Below, piece after piece: positions 26,552-35,908 of a DNA stretch of 64,000 nt (position 1 is the first letter of the stretch; each line of letters starts with the position of its first letter). The notes under the pieces are model-generated. The model searched no databases. It had not been told where the DNA came from and saw only the letters and a program-made list of their open reading frames with translations. A program made the position numbers and the translations under genes. This DNA comes from an uncultured Treponemataceae bacterium (GTDB taxonomy: Bacteria; Spirochaetota; Spirochaetia; Treponematales; Rectinemataceae), in contig CAYOIX010000005.1 of the NCBI GenBank assembly GCA_964404145.1, positions 117,196 to 181,195 on the forward strand, in the 5' to 3' direction.

Positions 26552-27222
26552 GCTGAAGGAAGGGACGGGGTTCGCGTCGCCGCGCGGGCTCCGCGCAGCC
26601 AGGCGAGCAGCCCGTCCGCGCCTTCCCCGGTCTTCCCGTTCAGAGGGAAGATCGGCGCGTCGGGGGCCACCGAGGCCATGCCCGAGCGGAAGAATGCCTC
26701 GTCGAAGCCGACGGCGTCGACGAGGTCCGGTTTCGTGAGGACGCAGGCCGCCGATCTCGCGAAGACGATGGGGTACTTATAAGGCTTGTCGCTGCCCTCC
26801 GCGACGCTCGCGGCTACGATCTTCAGGTCCTCGCCGATGGAGAATTCCGCTGGGCAGATCAGATTGCCGATGTTCTCGATAAAAAGCCAGGAGCCATCGG
26901 CCAGGCTCATCCGACCGAGGATCGCCTTCACCATCGGCGCATTGAGGTGGCAGTCGCCGCCGGTCTCTATCTGGTAGGCGTCGATGCCGAGGGCGCGAAG
27001 GGCCCTGGTGTCTATGTCGCTCGCCACGTCTCCCTCGATCACCGCCAGGGCGGTTTCGCCGCGAAGGCGGGCCGCGAGCTGCGCTATGAGACTGGTCTTA
27101 CCGGCGCCCGGGCTTCCAAGGACGTTGATGACGAATATGCCGCGCTCGGCCAGGCCTTCATGAATTTCCTTGGCGAGTCCTTCGTTCTCCTCGTAGACGG
27201 CCCGCTTGAGCTCGACCCTCAC
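26539..27222 (-). CDS. hypB: Hydrogenase nickel incorporation GTPase HypB
   Basis: GTG 27222 overlaps the hypA stop (GTGA). GSPGAGKTS, ENIGNLICPAEF. The 3' end overlaps the adhE 3' end by 13 nt. Confidence 0.85.
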   Translation of the reverse strand: MRVELKRAVYEENEGLAKEIHEGLAERGIFVINVLGSPGAGKTSLIAQLAARLRGETALAVIEGDVASDIDTRALRALGIDAYQIETGGDCHLNAPMVKAILGRMSLADGSWLFIENIGNLICPAEFSIGEDLKIVAASVAEGSDKPYKYPIVFARSAACVLTKPDLVDAVGFDEAFFRSGMASVAPDAPIFPLNGKTGEGADGLLAWLRGARAATRTPSLPSAQLP

Positions 27223-27569
27223 GCCGAACCCTCGATCTCTATCGAGTCGATGTAGAATTCGCTGCCCGCCTTGGTCATGACTCCCTGGGCGCCGCAGTCG
27301 GGGCACTCGAAGCTGAAGCGCCGGCGCTCGAATTCTAGTCCGCAGGATGGGCATCGGACGAGGGGCCTCACGTAGCGGATATCGAGGACCGCGCCCTCGG
27401 CGAGGCTCCCCTTCGCCGAGGCCGCGACGTAGAAATCGAGGGACTCCCGCATATAGCCGGTGGCCTCCCCGACCACGAGGGAAATCCGCGACACCCGCGC
27501 CGAATGCCGCGCTGCCGCCTCCGCAGAGACCATCTTCACGAGGGCCTCGGCGGCGCTCGCCTCATGCAC
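27219..27569 (-). CDS. hypA: Hydrogenase maturation nickel metallochaperone HypA
   Basis: MHE N-terminus. Zinc motif CPSCG...CPDCG. 116 aa. Confidence 0.9.
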   Translation of the reverse strand: MHEASAAEALVKMVSAEAAARHSARVSRISLVVGEATGYMRESLDFYVAASAKGSLAEGAVLDIRYVRPLVRCPSCGLEFERRRFSFECPDCGAQGVMTKAGSEFYIDSIEIEGSA

Positions 27570-27912
27570 TGGTATGCGCCTCGACCCTGCCGGCGAGATC
27601 CGCGAACCGGACGGCCTTGGGCCGCGCGGTCTCCATCCTGAGGCATTTCACGGGGCAAACGCGGACACAGAGGCCGCAGGCGACGCAGGCGAAATGCTCG
27701 ATCCGCCAGGACTTCGGCTCCTTTTCCACGATTATAGCATTTGCGGGGCAGCGTCTGGAGCAGGCCCCGCAGTGGATGCATCTCGGGTAGTCGATCGCGA
27801 TCCGTCCCCTGCTCGACTCGAAGCCGGGCCGCACGACCCGCGGATATCGCCGGGTGACGGGACCCTGGACGAGGTTCTTGAGCACGACGCGAGCCATTTG
27901 CAGCAGTGCCAC
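27562..27912 (-). CDS. echF: Ech hydrogenase 2x[4Fe-4S] ferredoxin-like subunit (EchF / HycF / NuoI-like)
   Basis: CIHCGACSRRCP and CVACGLCVRVCP motifs. 116 aa. Confidence 0.85.
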   Translation of the reverse strand: MALLQMARVVLKNLVQGPVTRRYPRVVRPGFESSRGRIAIDYPRCIHCGACSRRCPANAIIVEKEPKSWRIEHFACVACGLCVRVCPVKCLRMETARPKAVRFADLAGRVEAHTSA

Positions 27913-27915
27913 TCT

Positions 27916-29061
27916 TTACCTCTCGGTGCAGGAAATGCAGGGATCGATGGTGAGGATGATTGTAGGGACGTCCGCCAGGCTCTGGCCAATCATAGCCTCG
28001 ACCATCGCGGGGACGTTGGCGAATGTCGGCGTGCGGACTCTGAAGCGCTCGAGGTTTCGGCTACCGTTGGACTTCACGTAATAGACGACTTCGCCCCGGG
28101 GCTGCTCGAGCCGCGCAAAGCATTCGCCTATCGGAGGCATGCCTTTTACCGGAACCGACACGGGGCCCGCCGGCATGCCCGCGACGGCCTTCTCCATGAT
28201 CTCGAACGATTGCTCTATCTCCCGAACGCGCACCGCCGCTCTCGCCATGCAATCGCCCGACTCCTCTACGACCGTCTCGAAGGATATCTCGCCGTAGGCC
28301 GCGTAACCTCGCCGCCGGACGTCGTAGTCGTAGCCGCTCGCGCGAAGCATGGGCCCGACGGCGCCCAGCTCGTAGGCCCTATCCTTGGAAAGGACTCCAA
28401 CGCCTTCGAGGCGATGCCTGACCGTGGAGTCCTGGAGCATTACCCGGGACAGCTTCCTTATATCGTCGCGGGCGGTCTTCAAGGCTTTCATGCAGCGAGC
28501 GAGCGTCTCGTCGCTCGGATCCCTGCTGACGCCTCCGACGATGGCGGAGCCGAAGATCACGCGCCCTCCGGCGGTCTCTTCGGCGACGTCGAGAATGAGC
28601 TCGCGCGCCCGCCAAGCGGCCATGAAGAGACTCTCGAAGCCGAAAGCGTCGGCGGCTAGACCCATCCACATGAGATGACTGTGCGCGCGCTCGAGCTCGC
28701 ACCAGAAAGTCCGCAGCCAGCGTCCGCGCTCGGGAACGGCGAGGCCTAGCACTCCCTCCACGGCCTCGCAATAGCCCATGCCGTGCATGAAGGAGCAGAT
28801 GCCGCAAATGCGCTCTGCGACGTGGACATAGTCGGTATAGTCGCGCTTCTCCACCAGCAGCTCGAGGCCGCGGTGGATGTAGCCGACCTGGGGTACCGCG
28901 CCGACTATCCTTTCGTCCTGGAGGTAGAGGTCGAAGTGCAGAGGCTCGGGGAGCACCGGATGCTGCGGGCCAAAGGGAATGACCGAAGCGCCGCCAAACC
29001 CGGATTCGCGCGTATCCACGCCATGCGTATCCTCGAGACGCGTATCCTCGCGAGAGTTCAT
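27916..29061 (-). CDS. echE: Ech-type (group 4) [NiFe] hydrogenase large subunit (EchE / NuoD-like)
   Basis: ATG 29061 preceded by GGGAGG and overlapping the echD stop (ATGA). NiFe ligand motifs RICGICSFMH and DPCISCTER. Confidence 0.9.
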   Translation of the reverse strand: MNSREDTRLEDTHGVDTRESGFGGASVIPFGPQHPVLPEPLHFDLYLQDERIVGAVPQVGYIHRGLELLVEKRDYTDYVHVAERICGICSFMHGMGYCEAVEGVLGLAVPERGRWLRTFWCELERAHSHLMWMGLAADAFGFESLFMAAWRARELILDVAEETAGGRVIFGSAIVGGVSRDPSDETLARCMKALKTARDDIRKLSRVMLQDSTVRHRLEGVGVLSKDRAYELGAVGPMLRASGYDYDVRRRGYAAYGEISFETVVEESGDCMARAAVRVREIEQSFEIMEKAVAGMPAGPVSVPVKGMPPIGECFARLEQPRGEVVYYVKSNGSRNLERFRVRTPTFANVPAMVEAMIGQSLADVPTIILTIDPCISCTER

Positions 29062-29444
29062 ACCGAGCCTCCCTCGGAGCGGGGGCCGGCGATTTTCACC
29101 TTGCTGAAGGGCCTGTCGCCTGCGACGTCGAACATCTTGCCCAACCAATCGGCGCCGATGCGCTCGATGCGCACTCCGAAGAGGTCTCGAATCTCGTTCT
29201 CGTAGAGGAAGGCGGCTGGATAGAGGGCGGTGACGCTGGGAACGGCCGTCTCGGCCGCGGCGAAGAATCGCAGCGATCGCATCTCCAGCGCCAGCCCGAA
29301 CGAATAGGTAAGCTCGCAGCCTCCAGCGGAAGAGACGCAGAGGATTTGAACGATCCGCCAACCGCTGCTGCGGAAGGCATCGACCTCGGCGAGGAGACGA
29401 CCGGGCTCGATCTCGTCGACGATCTGGACTTCCTTCTCCGACAT
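29058..29444 (-). CDS. echD: Ech hydrogenase subunit EchD (NuoC-like small soluble subunit)
   Basis: 128 aa from ATG 29444 (TGATG junction with echC). Position between the small and large subunits. ...ALYPAAFLYENEIRDLFGV is NuoC-like. Confidence 0.75.
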   Translation of the reverse strand: MSEKEVQIVDEIEPGRLLAEVDAFRSSGWRIVQILCVSSAGGCELTYSFGLALEMRSLRFFAAAETAVPSVTALYPAAFLYENEIRDLFGVRIERIGADWLGKMFDVAGDRPFSKVKIAGPRSEGGSV

Positions 29445-29944
29445 CACGCGTCCTTCTTCCCGGCAGATCCCGCTGCGCGCCCGCGGCGAGTGGATTGGCG
29501 CTTCGCCGTCTTCCGAACGGCGCGGGCGGCCTTTTGCTTTTCTTTGAGGATCGTCGCCGCGAGCACGATTCCGTCGAGTATCGACTCGGGCTTGGCAGCG
29601 CAGCCCGGGACGTAAACGTCCACGGGAATGGTCGTGGCGACGCCGCCCGATATATTGTAGCACTCGGAAAATACCCCGCCTGTGTAGGCGCATGCTCCGA
29701 TCGCGACCACCGCCTTGGGCTCGGGCATCTGGTCGTAGATATTCCTGAGGATGGGGGCGTTGAGATGGTTGACGCTGCCTGTCACGAGGAATATGTCGGC
29801 CTGCTTGGGGTCGCCGGTCACGATGCAGCCGAATCGCTCGGCGTCGTAGACCGGCGTGAGGCAGGCGAGCACTTCTATGTCGCAGCCGTTGCAGCTGGAT
29901 GCATCGTAATGGATCAGCCAGGGAGAGCGTTCGACGGAACTCAC
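29444..29944 (-). CDS. echC: Ech hydrogenase small subunit (EchC / NuoB-like) with a Lys/Arg-rich C-terminal tail
   Basis: GTG 29944 overlaps the echB stop (GTGA) and is preceded by GAGAGGAA. Cluster ligands CNGCDIE, GACAYTGG, PGCAAKPE. Confidence 0.85.
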   Translation of the reverse strand: MSSVERSPWLIHYDASSCNGCDIEVLACLTPVYDAERFGCIVTGDPKQADIFLVTGSVNHLNAPILRNIYDQMPEPKAVVAIGACAYTGGVFSECYNISGGVATTIPVDVYVPGCAAKPESILDGIVLAATILKEKQKAARAVRKTAKRQSTRRGRAAGSAGKKDA

Positions 29945-30810
29945 GGCGTTCCTCTCGATATCAGGTAGAATGGTATGAGATTGCCCGCCCCCGCCACGAG
30001 GGCGACGATCCAGGCGAAAGAGAGGGCGAGCTCCCATTTCACGCGGGCGGTCGCGTTGTCCAGGAGGATGATGAGGAAGTAGGTGAAGGCTAGGCCGATT
30101 ATCGCGGCGATCCAGCTCGAGGAAAAGAAAAGCAGCACGAGGGCGAACAGGTAGACCGACTCGTACCAGTGCGCGAGCTCGACCAAGGCCAGGGCCGGGC
30201 CGCCCATGTCGGCCGTCAGGCCCATTACGAGCTCCTGGTGGGCATGGTGGGAGGTCGAGATGTCGAAGGGCGACTTGCGAAGCTTCATCTCGAGGACGAA
30301 GACGATGCCGAGGTAGATGCCGGGCAGGTAGAGGTAGGCCGGCATCTTGGAGCCGAGTATCGCGTAGAAGTTGAAGCTCTTGGCCACGCCGTAGAGACCG
30401 ACGAGGGCGATGATTACCATAGGCTCGTAGGCCGTCATGAGCAGCAGCTCGCGCTCGGCGCCGATCGTGCTGTAAGGCGAGCCCGTGGAATAGGCGGCGA
30501 GGACGAGGAAGACGCTCGCGAGGGTAAGGACGAAGACGATGAGGAGTATGTCCGAGCCATAAAAGAATAGGACGCCGGTGAGGATGGCGAATACGAGGTG
30601 GCTCGCGACGAGGGGCATTTGAAGCCGGTTCACGGGGGCGATTCGGCGGGTAAGCAGCTTCAGCAGATCGTAGAATGGTTGGAGGAGCGGAGGGCCGACT
30701 CGGCCTTGGAGCCGGGCCGTGATCACGCGGTCCAGTCCGTCCAGGAGGCCGCCGAGTATCGGACCGAGCAGGACGTAGGCGATCGCGGCGTAGACTTCTT
30801 GGCCTCTCAT
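29941..30810 (-). CDS. echB: Ech hydrogenase membrane subunit (EchB / HycD / NuoH-like)
   Basis: DRVITARLQGRVGPPLLQPFYDLLKL and a polytopic body. 289 aa. Confidence 0.9.
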   Translation of the reverse strand: MRGQEVYAAIAYVLLGPILGGLLDGLDRVITARLQGRVGPPLLQPFYDLLKLLTRRIAPVNRLQMPLVASHLVFAILTGVLFFYGSDILLIVFVLTLASVFLVLAAYSTGSPYSTIGAERELLLMTAYEPMVIIALVGLYGVAKSFNFYAILGSKMPAYLYLPGIYLGIVFVLEMKLRKSPFDISTSHHAHQELVMGLTADMGGPALALVELAHWYESVYLFALVLLFFSSSWIAAIIGLAFTYFLIILLDNATARVKWELALSFAWIVALVAGAGNLIPFYLISRGTP

Positions 30811-32732
30811 AATATGACCATCCCCAGTAGGATGAGAGTCAAAAGGAAGCCGACCGCTATCCCGAACCTCAGTATCCTCTTTTCGCCGAAGACGTTCTCG
30901 AGGTAGTAGGAGGTGGTGACGACCCGGAGCGCCGCTCCCTTGGAGCCCTTGAAGGCCAGTCCCGGCGCCGTGACGCGACCCGACATGTAGGCCGGCGAGA
31001 GCCCGTTCCTCCCTCGCCTCGAGATCAGGAGGAGGAGGGCCGGCACCGCGACCGTCATGCCGACCATGAGGACCGTGACCAGCATGTTGCTCCGATCGAG
31101 CCCCAAGGCCTTGCCGAAGGTATCGAGCAGGTAGGGCTCGAAGGCGAACTTGGAAACGAGAGGATAGATGACGCAGGTGGCTACCGCGAGGATCGTAAGG
31201 GAAGCCTCAGAGAAGAGCTCGTAGCGCGTGACTTTGTCCTCGAGCAGGCCGCGAGGGGCGGTCGGGTCGGGAATGCGGATGAGGAGGCCCATCCACTTCG
31301 CCCAGAAGAGCACAGTAGTCGCCGAGCCGAAGGCCAGGAAGGCGATCATGAACGGACTGACGAGGCTGTTGAGGTTCATGAAGGCCTCCATCGCCGCCCA
31401 CTTGGAAACGAGCATGCCGAAGGGAGCGACGAACATGCACGATATGCCGACGACCAGGAAGAGCGTGACGCGCGGCATGCCGGTGAGGAGACCGCCCATC
31501 GACTCGATATCGAGGCTGCCCGTTCCGACGCTGGCCGTCCCGACGGCGATGAAGAGAAGGGCTTTGGCGACGGCGTGGAACAGCACCAGGAACAGCGCGA
31601 CCCAGACGAGCTCGTAGGTGCCTATCCCCGCGCAGGTCGCGATGAGGCCGAGATTCGAGACCGTCGAGAGCGCGAGCACCCGTTTCGCATTGCGGCTCGA
31701 TACCGCCGCGAAGGAGCCTGCGATGAAAGTCAGGATGCCTATGAACGAGACGATGTACCCGACCGTCGTACCCGTCATCGCGGGGGCGAGGCGAATGAGG
31801 AGGAAGACGCCCGCCTTGACCATGGTGCTCGAATGGAGGAGGGCCGATACCGGCGTGGGAGCGACCATCGCGCCGAGGAGCCAGGGGGTGAAGGGGAGCT
31901 GGGCCGACTTCGCGAGGCCGGCCAGCGCGAACAGGGCCACCGGCGCCGCGATCAGCGCGGCTTCCGGGCCCTTCGCCAAGGCAAGCAGGGCATCGAGTTC
32001 GACTTTCCCGGTACGGGCCGCGAAAAGGATTATGCCGAGCGAGAAGGCTATCCCTCCCAGGAGGTTGAGGTTGAGGGCGAGGAAGGCGCTCTTGTCGGCC
32101 TCCGCATCGCCTCCGTAGCCTATGAGGATGAAGGAGGCTAGAGTGGTCATCTCCCAGAAGAGAAGCATGAGCCTGAGGTCGTTCGACATGACGAGGCCGT
32201 ACATCGCGCCAAGGAAGGAGAGCATCGTGAAGCTGAAGAGCCTCCGACGGTCGCGAACGGCGGCATGCTCCTCGTGGAAAGTCTTCATGTATCCGGCGGC
32301 ATAGACCATAATGAGGCCGCCTACGACCCCGACGATGACCACGAGGAGGATGGAAACCTGGTCTACGACGAAATGAGCGTCGGCTTCGATGCCTCCGGTC
32401 CAACGCTCTCCGACGAGGGCGAGGACCGTCTGGATTATTGCGAGCAGCAGGGGGAAGGCTCTGCGCTTGACGACGGCGGCGATCGCGATGAATGCGGCCA
32501 TCGCCAGCTCCGCGCCCAATATCCAGCTGTCCAGGCTGGGGAGGGTCGCTACGAGTCTCAGGGGCAGCGACCGCGCGGATGTCGCAGCCAGGGCGATGGC
32601 GAGCGCCGCCTGAGTCGCTCCCCCGGTTATGACGATGAGGCGCCTGAATCCATCTTTCCTGATTATGAGCGCGATGAGGCCGAACAGAGGAGGAGCGACG
32701 GCAACGATGAATGCTAGTGTCATGAGTGTCAT
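30807..32732 (-). CDS. echA: Ech hydrogenase antiporter-like membrane subunit (EchA / NuoL-like)
   Basis: 641 aa polytopic protein with NuoL/Mrp-type segments (…LFWEMTTLASFILIG…SALLHSSTMVKAGVFLLIR…). The start may be the second ATG at 32723 (see findings). Confidence 0.9.
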   Translation of the reverse strand: MTLMTLAFIVAVAPPLFGLIALIIRKDGFRRLIVITGGATQAALAIALAATSARSLPLRLVATLPSLDSWILGAELAMAAFIAIAAVVKRRAFPLLLAIIQTVLALVGERWTGGIEADAHFVVDQVSILLVVIVGVVGGLIMVYAAGYMKTFHEEHAAVRDRRRLFSFTMLSFLGAMYGLVMSNDLRLMLLFWEMTTLASFILIGYGGDAEADKSAFLALNLNLLGGIAFSLGIILFAARTGKVELDALLALAKGPEAALIAAPVALFALAGLAKSAQLPFTPWLLGAMVAPTPVSALLHSSTMVKAGVFLLIRLAPAMTGTTVGYIVSFIGILTFIAGSFAAVSSRNAKRVLALSTVSNLGLIATCAGIGTYELVWVALFLVLFHAVAKALLFIAVGTASVGTGSLDIESMGGLLTGMPRVTLFLVVGISCMFVAPFGMLVSKWAAMEAFMNLNSLVSPFMIAFLAFGSATTVLFWAKWMGLLIRIPDPTAPRGLLEDKVTRYELFSEASLTILAVATCVIYPLVSKFAFEPYLLDTFGKALGLDRSNMLVTVLMVGMTVAVPALLLLISRRGRNGLSPAYMSGRVTAPGLAFKGSKGAALRVVTTSYYLENVFGEKRILRFGIAVGFLLTLILLGMVIL

Positions 32733-32735
32733 TAC

Positions 32736-32764
32736 ATTTTAGGCGAAAACTCGAAAAATGACAA
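32736..32764 (-). promoter_or_regulatory. Candidate sigma70-type promoter of the ech operon (TTGTCA-N17-TAAAAT on the minus strand)
   Basis: Hexamers read on the reverse complement. The -10 ends 3 nt before the first ATG and 12 nt before the second ATG. No Shine-Dalgarno precedes either ATG. Confidence 0.4.
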
Positions 32765-32864
32765 TCTCCTTCACATTGTCTGCGTTTTTGTCATAAAACG
32801 GGGCTAATAGTCTGCATTTCCTCGTGGCATAAGGTTAGCGCCGAGCCGGCCCGATTCCCGCGAA

Positions 32865-34796
32865 TCAGCTCGCGTCGGCAGCCATCATCTGGGCGAACTC
32901 CGATTCGTCGAGGGTTTCCTTCTCGAGGAGCCTCTCTGCTATCGCGTCGAGAAGGCTCCGTCGGCCGCGCAGGGTGTCGAGCACTCGGTCGTAGCGATCG
33001 GCCAGGATGCGGGCTATCTCGTCGTCCACGTATTTCTGGGTATCCTCGCTGTATTCCCGGGCCATGTACGGCTCGGATAGGGGCCCGAGCATCGCCGCGC
33101 CGCGACGGGTGAGCGCGACGTGGCGGAAGCGCTCCGACATTCCGTAGTCCGTAATCATCCGCCGAGCGATATCGGTCGCCCTGGTTAAATCGTTCGCGGC
33201 GCCCGTCGAGATGAGCCCGAAAGCTATCTCCTCCGCGGCGCGCCCGCCGAGGAGGACGTCTATCTGGCCGATGAGCTCGTCGCGGGTCAGGATGAAGCGA
33301 TCCTCGATGGGTAGCTGGAGGGTGTAGCCTAGGGCGCCCATGCCGCGCGGGACGATCGACACCTTGCGGACCGGATCCGAGCCTTGCGTGAGGGCCGCCG
33401 TAATGGCATGCCCGGTCTCGTGGAACGCGACGGTCCGACGCTCCTTCGGGTTCATGACCCGGCTTTTCTTCTCGAGGCCCGCCACGATCTTCTCGATGGC
33501 AGCGTCGAAATCCCCGGCCCTCACTTTCTTGCGCCCCCCGCGCACCGCGAGGAGGGCCGCCTCGTTGACGAGGTTCGCGAGATCGGCCCCGACGAAGCCG
33601 GCCGAGCCGCGCGCAACCTTGGACAGGTCCACGGACTCGTCGAGCTTCACCGCCTTCGCGTGTATCCGGAGGATCGCCTCGCGGCCCAGGAGGTCGGGCC
33701 TGTCGACGAGCACCTGCCTGTCGAATCGGCCAGGCCTGAGAAGAGCGGGGTCGAGGACGTCGGGCCTGTTCGTCGCCGCCAGGATGATGAGGCCGCTCGT
33801 AGCGTCGAAGCCGTCCATCTCGACCAGAAGCTGGTTGAGGGTCTGCTCCCGCTCGTCGTTGCCTCCCATCGCGCCGGTAACTCGACTCTTCCCGATCGCG
33901 TCGAGTTCGTCTATGAAGACGATGCAGGGGGCCTTCTCGCGAGCCTGCTTGAAGAGGTCGCGCACTCTGGCCGCCCCGACGCCGACGAACATCTCGACGA
34001 AGTCGGCGCCGCTCATCCTGAAGAAGGGGACCTCGGCCTCGCCGGCTACCGCCCGGGCGAGGAGGGTCTTGCCCGTGCCCGGCGGGCCGACCAGAAGCAC
34101 GCCTTTGGGGATCTTCCCGCCGATCTCGGTGTATTTCTTCGGGCTCTTCAGGAAGTCCACCACTTCCACCAGCTCGTCCTTGGCCTCGTCGACTCCGGCC
34201 ACGTCGCCGAAGCGCGTCTTGACGTCGCCCTCCGCGACGATCATGGCCTTGTTCTGGCCGAAGGCGAGGACGTTGCCGCCCGGGTTTCCCAGGCGCCTGA
34301 AGAGGAGACGCCAGATGATGAACATGAATACCAGCGGCAAAATCCAATTGAGGAAGAAGGATAGGACAGCGTTGCCCTCTCGCGCGACGGAAGCGTAAAC
34401 GACACCTTTCTCGTCGAGAAGAGCGGTGAAGCTCGGGTCGAAGACGGGCACCGTCTTATAGGACGACGGCGCGTGCGCGGACAGCGCCTGAAAGCCGACC
34501 GCGGCCTTCTTGTCGACCTGGAGATAGCCCGTATAATAGCTCTGGTCCATATCGACGCGCTTGATCTCGCCCGAGCGGACCTTGTCCTTGAATGCGCTGT
34601 ATGGGATGATCGTGTCGTCGCTCTGGAATATGAAGAAGTTCAGGAGGGCAACCGCGACGAGCATGACCACGACATAGCCGAGGGAGAACCTGAACTGGAA
34701 CCCGTTGAGGTTGGGCGGAATCAACGGGCCCTTGCCCCTTACGGGCCCTTTTGCCGCCGGTCGCTTGCGGTCCCAGCCCTTGCTTTTCCTTGCCAT
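32865..34796 (-). CDS. ftsH: ATP-dependent zinc metalloprotease FtsH
   Basis: AAA+ Walker [17 protein letters not shown] region, zinc motif HETGHAI. Start ATG 34796 (MARKSKGW...), with alternatives upstream up to 34856. Confidence 0.95.
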   Translation of the reverse strand: MARKSKGWDRKRPAAKGPVRGKGPLIPPNLNGFQFRFSLGYVVVMLVAVALLNFFIFQSDDTIIPYSAFKDKVRSGEIKRVDMDQSYYTGYLQVDKKAAVGFQALSAHAPSSYKTVPVFDPSFTALLDEKGVVYASVAREGNAVLSFFLNWILPLVFMFIIWRLLFRRLGNPGGNVLAFGQNKAMIVAEGDVKTRFGDVAGVDEAKDELVEVVDFLKSPKKYTEIGGKIPKGVLLVGPPGTGKTLLARAVAGEAEVPFFRMSGADFVEMFVGVGAARVRDLFKQAREKAPCIVFIDELDAIGKSRVTGAMGGNDEREQTLNQLLVEMDGFDATSGLIILAATNRPDVLDPALLRPGRFDRQVLVDRPDLLGREAILRIHAKAVKLDESVDLSKVARGSAGFVGADLANLVNEAALLAVRGGRKKVRAGDFDAAIEKIVAGLEKKSRVMNPKERRTVAFHETGHAITAALTQGSDPVRKVSIVPRGMGALGYTLQLPIEDRFILTRDELIGQIDVLLGGRAAEEIAFGLISTGAANDLTRATDIARRMITDYGMSERFRHVALTRRGAAMLGPLSEPYMAREYSEDTQKYVDDEIARILADRYDRVLDTLRGRRSLLDAIAERLLEKETLDESEFAQMMAADAS

Positions 34797-34901
34797 GCAT
34801 GCTCCCATCGGACGGCCTCGGCGAAAAGGCGCGCCGTACGGGATAAATGTAACCAATTCGGACTATCTCGGCTATGCGTTCGCGGGGCCGGCGATCCCGT
34901 C

Positions 34902-34930
34902 TTGACCGTTCAGGCGGTTTTCCGTATATT
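34902..34930 (+). promoter_or_regulatory. Candidate sigma70-type promoter of groES (TTGACC-N17-TATATT)
   Basis: Near-consensus hexamers and spacing about 45 nt upstream of ATG 34977. No CIRCE-like inverted repeat was seen. Confidence 0.45.
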
Positions 34931-34946
34931 TTCGGAGACCCAATAA

Positions 34947-35264
<318 letters not shown>

Positions 35265-35315
35265 TTCGCCCAACGCCTCGCCGAAGGCTCGGCGCGACGT
35301 CGAGCCGACATGGAA

Positions 35316-35366
35316 GGAGCCGCCCGCGGACGAGACGAGGTCTCGCGCGAGCGGCTCCGGTTTTTT
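35316..35366. terminator. Long compound hairpin plus T6 (A6 on the other strand); terminator between convergent groES and ptsN
   Basis: ggagccgc...cgagac-gag-gtctcg...gcggctcc followed by ggtttttt, then a C9 run at 35367-35375. Confidence 0.6.
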
Positions 35367-35410
35367 CCCCCCCCCGGCGCCTTTGACGGGCCGGAGCGCG
35401 GTTCGGGAAG

Positions 35411-35857
35411 CTATTCCGTAAGGACTTTGAGGATGTCCTCCGGGCTCTTCGCGGAGAGGATGGCCGCACGCTTCTCCTCGCTGCGGAAGAGCAGGCTTAC
35501 CTCGGCCAGGAACTGCAGGTGGGGCCCCGTCTTGTCGGCCGGCGAGAGGGTCATGATGAAGATGCGGCAAGGCTCTCGATCGAGGGCGTCGAAATCCACC
35601 GCTGCGTCCGAGACGCCGATGCAGGCTACGAGATCCTTGACCGCGTCGGTCTTGCCGTGCGGGATGGCGATTCCGTGCTTCATTCCGGTGCTCATGCGCC
35701 GTTCGCGTTCCAATACTGCCTTGCGCGCCGCTGCCATGTCGCCTATCTTGCCCGAGCGCGCCGCCACTTGGAGCAGTTCGTCGATAAGCTCTTCCTTCGT
35801 GCGCCCCTTGAGGCCGAGGGCGACGGTTTCGCGGCTCAAAATGCTCTTGAGGTCCAT
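35411..35857 (-). CDS. ptsN: PTS EIIA(Ntr)-type nitrogen regulatory protein
   Basis: 148 aa. Fructose/mannitol-family EIIA fold with active-site His in GIAIPHGKTD. Confidence 0.8.
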   Translation of the reverse strand: MDLKSILSRETVALGLKGRTKEELIDELLQVAARSGKIGDMAAARKAVLERERRMSTGMKHGIAIPHGKTDAVKDLVACIGVSDAAVDFDALDREPCRIFIMTLSPADKTGPHLQFLAEVSLLFRSEEKRAAILSAKSPEDILKVLTE

Positions 35858-35908
35858 GCTACCATTCTACGATTGCGTAGGGTCGACGTCAAGCGTTCGC
35901 TTCCCTCG

